Source: a virus
Lineage: Duplodnaviria > Caudoviricetes
Length of the DNA: 48,245 bases
Virus record (IMG/VR): IMGVR_UViG_3300030207_000369
Location: 1-48,245 of that record
Reading direction: 5' to 3' (one strand)
The position numbers and the translations under genes are program-made. This document shows, piece by piece, positions 44,150 to 48,245 of this stretch (position 1 is the stretch's first letter; every line of letters starts with the position of its first letter). Below the pieces are notes generated by a model. That model saw nothing but the letters and a program-made list of their open reading frames with translations. It did not search any database and was not told the origin of the DNA.

Positions 44150-45945
44150 TGGCAGAAACATTTAAAAATCAAGTAGATGCATTAACAGGTTTTGCAAGCA
44201 CTGAAGATAATGCTTTATCTGACTGGCTAACTTCTGGTGCTCGTTCTGTATTAAATGTATTACCTTTAAATAAACTAGAAAGAATAGCTAGTAACGAAAA
44301 CTTTACAGACAGCATTGATGTTGAAGGTAAAAAAATATTATCTGTTATTAGAAAAGATGCTAGTAATAATAATTACTATATACCTTGCAGGAAACTGCTT
44401 CCTAGTCAAATGGGAATTGTTCACGATTCTTCATATATGGAATATGCAACAACTAGTGACCCTGCTTATATTATACATAATGATGTATTAAATACTTTTC
44501 CTCAAAGTGTAGCTTCTAATGACAGTAGAGTTGTATTTATAAACTCTGCTATAACAGTAGCTCACGGAGATAGTTCTATATCTAATTTTCCAGATGAAGC
44601 AGAACAGGCAGTTGTTTTATATGCTAGTAGAAATGCTTTACAAAGATTAATGAATAATATGAATGCAATTAGTGCTCTAAGCGTAAGTGTAAGCGCACCT
44701 AGTGCACCTAGTTTGGCGACAGTAAGTTATTCGGCAGCAAGCAATGCAGATGCAAGTGCTAGTTCTATTGGAGCAATAACTGTTGCTACCGTAGCAAAAG
44801 CAGATGTATCTGGAGATGTTCCAACTTACAATAAACCTAGTATTACAACTAGAGTTTCTTTTGAAGACTTTTTTACCGGTACTGAAGATTTGAATCCTTT
44901 TGGAGACAGTGACCCGGGAGTATTCTCAACAAGTACTCCACCTAGTTTAGGCAGTGCTAGTTTTAGTACTCCTTCTGTAGGAGATACAACTATTGCTAGC
45001 TTTGGTACTGCTCCAGCTTATACAGCTCCAAAAGTTGGCGGCGCAACAGAAGAATTAACAGCTACAATAACAGATGGTACAATAGGAACAGATGCAGACT
45101 TTCAAGACTTTAGTGACTTTTTTGAAGTGTTAGCACATATGATTGAAGATGAAGAAGATGTAGAATTAGCACAAGCTCAACTTGGTAAAATTAATAGTTA
45201 CATATCTTCATACCAATCTGCAATGCAAAATCAATTAAATGTTTTTAATGATGCTAACGTTGAGTATCAAGCTTCAGTTCAACAAAAAATAGAACAAGCT
45301 CGTATAACTGCTAGAGACGCAGAACAAACAGCTTCTTTATTATTACAAAAAGAAGTACAAGAATACCAAGCAAAGATTTCAGAATATCAAGCAGAAGTTA
45401 ATAAAGATGTTCAAACATATGTACAAAAATTAGATAGATATAAAACAGAGGTTGCTACAGCATTTCAAGCTTGGTCAACTACAGAAGGTTTTAGTATGCA
45501 AGAATATCAAGCTGATATTCAAAATGAGTTAAATGAGTTTAATAAAGAAAACGTTAGATATCAAGCTAATATACAAGCTGAAGTACAAAAACATAATTCA
45601 GATTTACAGAAAGCAATAACACAAGCACAGTTAGACGCAGCAGATGCACAACAAGAAGCACAACAAGCAACTTCTGTAGACTTAGCAAACAAAGCACAAG
45701 ACCAAGTATTAGCTTTGCAAAATGCGGCACAAACTATGGCAGCTGCAGTTCAAAACAATGATGACTTATTACAAAAATTTAATGCTGAGTTAGCAAAATA
45801 TTCTGCTCAAGTAAATGATGAAGTACAAGAATTTAGTGCTAATTTACAAAAAGATAATGCAAAATATCAGTGGTATGGACAACAATATCAAACAATAGAT
45901 GCTCAATATAAAGAACAAATACAAACCCTTCAAGGAGCAGTATAA
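44149..45945 (+). CDS. Structural (adaptor-like) protein with a long Gln-rich coiled coil
   Basis: N-terminal globular part ending FPDEAEQAVVLYAS; Q/E/A heptads in the C-terminal half. Confidence 0.6.
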   Translation: MAETFKNQVDALTGFASTEDNALSDWLTSGARSVLNVLPLNKLERIASNENFTDSIDVEGKKILSVIRKDASNNNYYIPCRKLLPSQMGIVHDSSYMEYATTSDPAYIIHNDVLNTFPQSVASNDSRVVFINSAITVAHGDSSISNFPDEAEQAVVLYASRNALQRLMNNMNAISALSVSVSAPSAPSLATVSYSAASNADASASSIGAITVATVAKADVSGDVPTYNKPSITTRVSFEDFFTGTEDLNPFGDSDPGVFSTSTPPSLGSASFSTPSVGDTTIASFGTAPAYTAPKVGGATEELTATITDGTIGTDADFQDFSDFFEVLAHMIEDEEDVELAQAQLGKINSYISSYQSAMQNQLNVFNDANVEYQASVQQKIEQARITARDAEQTASLLLQKEVQEYQAKISEYQAEVNKDVQTYVQKLDRYKTEVATAFQAWSTTEGFSMQEYQADIQNELNEFNKENVRYQANIQAEVQKHNSDLQKAITQAQLDAADAQQEAQQATSVDLANKAQDQVLALQNAAQTMAAAVQNNDDLLQKFNAELAKYSAQVNDEVQEFSANLQKDNAKYQWYGQQYQTIDAQYKEQIQTLQGAV

Positions 45946-46118
45946 TGTCTAGAAGTACAAATTGGACTAAACAAAGCATATCTCCAAGTACTACTTGGTC
46001 AGAACAAGCTTTGTCTTCTATAGGTTCGTTATGGGCAGAAGTCTTTGATGTTTTTTCTAAGTATGCAACATTTAATATGGCTTGGGACGATGTTACTGAT
46101 AAATGGGAGGATATATAA
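45945..46118 (+). CDS. 57-aa Trp-periodic protein
   Basis: TAATG-coupled at both ends; MSRSTNWTKQ...AWDDVTDKWEDI. Confidence 0.55.
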   Translation: MSRSTNWTKQSISPSTTWSEQALSSIGSLWAEVFDVFSKYATFNMAWDDVTDKWEDI

Positions 46119-46423
46119 TGGCAGGTATAGAATTTAGTGTAAAAGAAATAGTAAGTAGAGTTAGGCAAGCAGTGCCTGAAGCTAGTGAAAACTATATAAT
46201 AAACCTTATTAATCAAGGATTAGTAGATATGGGTAAGTATAGTACTAAAATGGAATATGGTAAAACTAATCTTATTAATGACCAACTATGGTATGGTATA
46301 GATGATGATAGAGATATTACAATTAATAAAATATTTAAATGTAGTATATTAAACTCTAACGGAGAATATATAAGAATACCTAGACTAGTTAATCAAGATA
46401 TTAAATTAACAGATACGGAGTAA
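46118..46423 (+). CDS. Head-tail adaptor-like protein (N-terminal half-like)
   Basis: VKEIVSRVR...IINLINQG; GGAGG RBS. Confidence 0.55.
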   Translation: MAGIEFSVKEIVSRVRQAVPEASENYIINLINQGLVDMGKYSTKMEYGKTNLINDQLWYGIDDDRDITINKIFKCSILNSNGEYIRIPRLVNQDIKLTDTE

Positions 46424-46425
46424 AA

Positions 46426-46878
46426 ATGGCGGCAGTAACCAGTACATTTAAAGACCCTTCTGATTCATTTGTATGGTGGGTAGAAGGTGATAAGCTTGCG
46501 ATAGCTACAACTGATGGAGATGGAGGTACTTCAGAAACAGCAGAAGGAAAGTTTAAAGCAGCTAGCATAGGTTCTGGAACAGATTATGTTGCTAACGGTC
46601 TTTTAATTTCATACTATGCAGAACCAGATAAAATAACTAGCATTACATCTACAATAGATTTAGATAACGTGTTACAACCATTGTTAATAGATTATGTGAA
46701 AGGACATCTTTTAATAGACGCAGCAGCTAAAGCCTCTGACCCTAATAGCGCTGGTTTAAAAATGCAAATGGCACAACAATTTTTAGCATTGTATAGAGAA
46801 GGTATTAGAAAACACGGAATGAAGAAGAATGATAAAACAGGTGGAACAAGAGCGATAGTTCCAGCAAATTTGAGGTAA
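46426..46878 (+). CDS. Head-tail adaptor-like protein (C-terminal half-like)
   Basis: LLISYYAEP...LQPLLIDYVKG. Confidence 0.55.
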   Translation: MAAVTSTFKDPSDSFVWWVEGDKLAIATTDGDGGTSETAEGKFKAASIGSGTDYVANGLLISYYAEPDKITSITSTIDLDNVLQPLLIDYVKGHLLIDAAAKASDPNSAGLKMQMAQQFLALYREGIRKHGMKKNDKTGGTRAIVPANLR

Positions 46879-46881
46879 TAA

Positions 46882-48245
46882 ATGGCAACACTTACAGGAA
46901 CAAGAGTAAAAGATACATATAAAGATTTATTACAAGTATCAAATAGTAACAGCGGAATAGACGGAACATTAAGGACAGTATCAGATGGAGAAGCTACAAA
47001 TAGTGTATTACAACTTAGCAGCACTGCTGTTAATATATCCTCAGCAGGCGCGTTACAGTATGGTGGTACTGCTATTACTTCTACAGCTGCTGAACTTAAT
47101 ATATTAGACGGCGCAACAATTACTGTATCTGAGTTAAATATACTAGATGGAGTAACGGCTACAGCGTCAGAGTTAAACATATTAGATGGTGTTACAGCAA
47201 CCGCTTCAGAATTAAATATCTTAGACGGCGTAACAGCCACAGCCTCAGAATTAAATATTTTAGATGGAGTAACCTCAACTGCAGCCGAGCTAAATGTATT
47301 AGACGGATATACTGGCAGCGTAACAGAATTAAACTACTTAGATACTTTACACGCCACAGGCGTAACATCAACTGAATTTGATTACCTTGATGGCGTTACT
47401 TCTAACATACAAACACAGTTAGATTCTAAGATAAGTGCTACACTAACACAAGAACAGGTAGAAGACTTTGTTGGAGGTATGTTAGATGGTACTGAAACAG
47501 GTATTTCTGTTAGCTATGACGACACAGATGGTAACATAGATTTTGTTGTTGCAAGTCAAACTGATGAAAACTTTACAACCGCAGACCACAGTAAACTAGA
47601 TGGTATAGAAGCTAGCGCAGATGTAACAGATGCAACTAACGTGACTGCAGCTGGCGCTTTAATGGATTCTGAAGTTAGCAACCTTGCTTTTGTAAAAGGT
47701 TTGACAAAAGGTATTAGTGATGGAAATGTTTTAACAGCTAATGATGCAGTTGCAGATAATGATTTTCTTAGAATTGATGGAACAGAAGTAGAAGGTAGAA
47801 CTGCAGCACAAGTAAGAAGTGATTTAAATGTAGAGGACGGAGCTACAGCAGACCAGACAAACGCAGAAATACGTACAGCAGTAGAAGCAGCCTCAGATTC
47901 TAATGTATTCACAGACGATGACCATAGCAAGTTAAATGCTATTGAAGCTAGTGCTGATGTAACAGACACTGCAAATGTAACAAGTGCAGGTGCATTGATG
48001 GATAGCGAACTTACAAGTATTGCAGATGTAAAAGCGCTAGACCAATCAGTAGTAAGTGGAGCAACACCTACGTTTACAACTACTAATTTTACAGATGCTT
48101 CAAACAAAAGATTTATGACTGATGCTCAAGAAACAAAACTTGACTCAGTAGAAAGTAATGCGACAGCAGACCAAACAAATGAAGAAATACAAGATATCGT
48201 AGGTGGAATGCTTACTGGTAATACTGAAACAGGTATTACTGTTAC
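46882..48245 (+). CDS. Tail fibre, N-terminal part (continues at base 1; ~1758 aa in total)
   Basis: GAGG RBS; MATLTGTRVKDTYKDLLQV...; frame open to the window end and in frame with 1-4014. Confidence 0.85.
   Translation, partial: MATLTGTRVKDTYKDLLQVSNSNSGIDGTLRTVSDGEATNSVLQLSSTAVNISSAGALQYGGTAITSTAAELNILDGATITVSELNILDGVTATASELNILDGVTATASELNILDGVTATASELNILDGVTSTAAELNVLDGYTGSVTELNYLDTLHATGVTSTEFDYLDGVTSNIQTQLDSKISATLTQEQVEDFVGGMLDGTETGISVSYDDTDGNIDFVVASQTDENFTTADHSKLDGIEASADVTDATNVTAAGALMDSEVSNLAFVKGLTKGISDGNVLTANDAVADNDFLRIDGTEVEGRTAAQVRSDLNVEDGATADQTNAEIRTAVEAASDSNVFTDDDHSKLNAIEASADVTDTANVTSAGALMDSELTSIADVKALDQSVVSGATPTFTTTNFTDASNKRFMTDAQETKLDSVESNATADQTNEEIQDIVGGMLTGNTETGITV
47092..47400 (+). 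repeat. Tandem 39-bp (13-aa ELNILDGVTATAS) coding repeats
   Basis: Units start at 47092, 47131, 47170, 47209, 47248, 47287 and 47326. Confidence 0.85.
48145..48245. repeat. Terminal overlap (right copy)
   Basis: Matches 1-101. Confidence 0.9.

Noticed and set aside
1-48245. Stop-codon reassignment
   Set aside because: Core genes are full length in the standard code and coding density is high

Overview
This window is an apparently complete, AT-rich dsDNA phage genome assembled as a circle: bases 1-101 repeat bases 48145-48245 with one mismatch, and the break falls inside the tail-fibre gene. The architecture is podovirus-like. The + strand carries a packaging/head block (33.5-46.9 kb: small and large terminase, P22-type portal, scaffold, SU10/DUF5309-type capsid), then a ~1758-aa repeat-built tail fibre with an S74 chaperone. 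Next come a Hint-domain tip protein, a membrane protein + Trx-fold + beta-barrel trio, a holin, a nozzle protein, an endolysin and ejection proteins (to 19.8 kb). The - strand carries a recombination/replication block (DnaB, resolvase, SSB, Sak/Rad52, Cas4-like nuclease, RHH regulator), an amidoligase + class II glutamine amidotransferase pair, and early small-gene cassettes (32-33.1 kb). I recognised no DNA polymerase, primase, integrase, tRNA or CRISPR array. The most notable items are: a co-oriented 13-bp motif that overlaps the RHH gene's own promoter and marks cassette boundaries; duplicated promoter-ORF-UUCG hairpin-ORF-terminator cassettes; the Hint-domain tip protein; the envelope trio; three structured intergenic elements; and layered restriction-site avoidance. 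All family calls come from motif recognition by eye; no database search was run.
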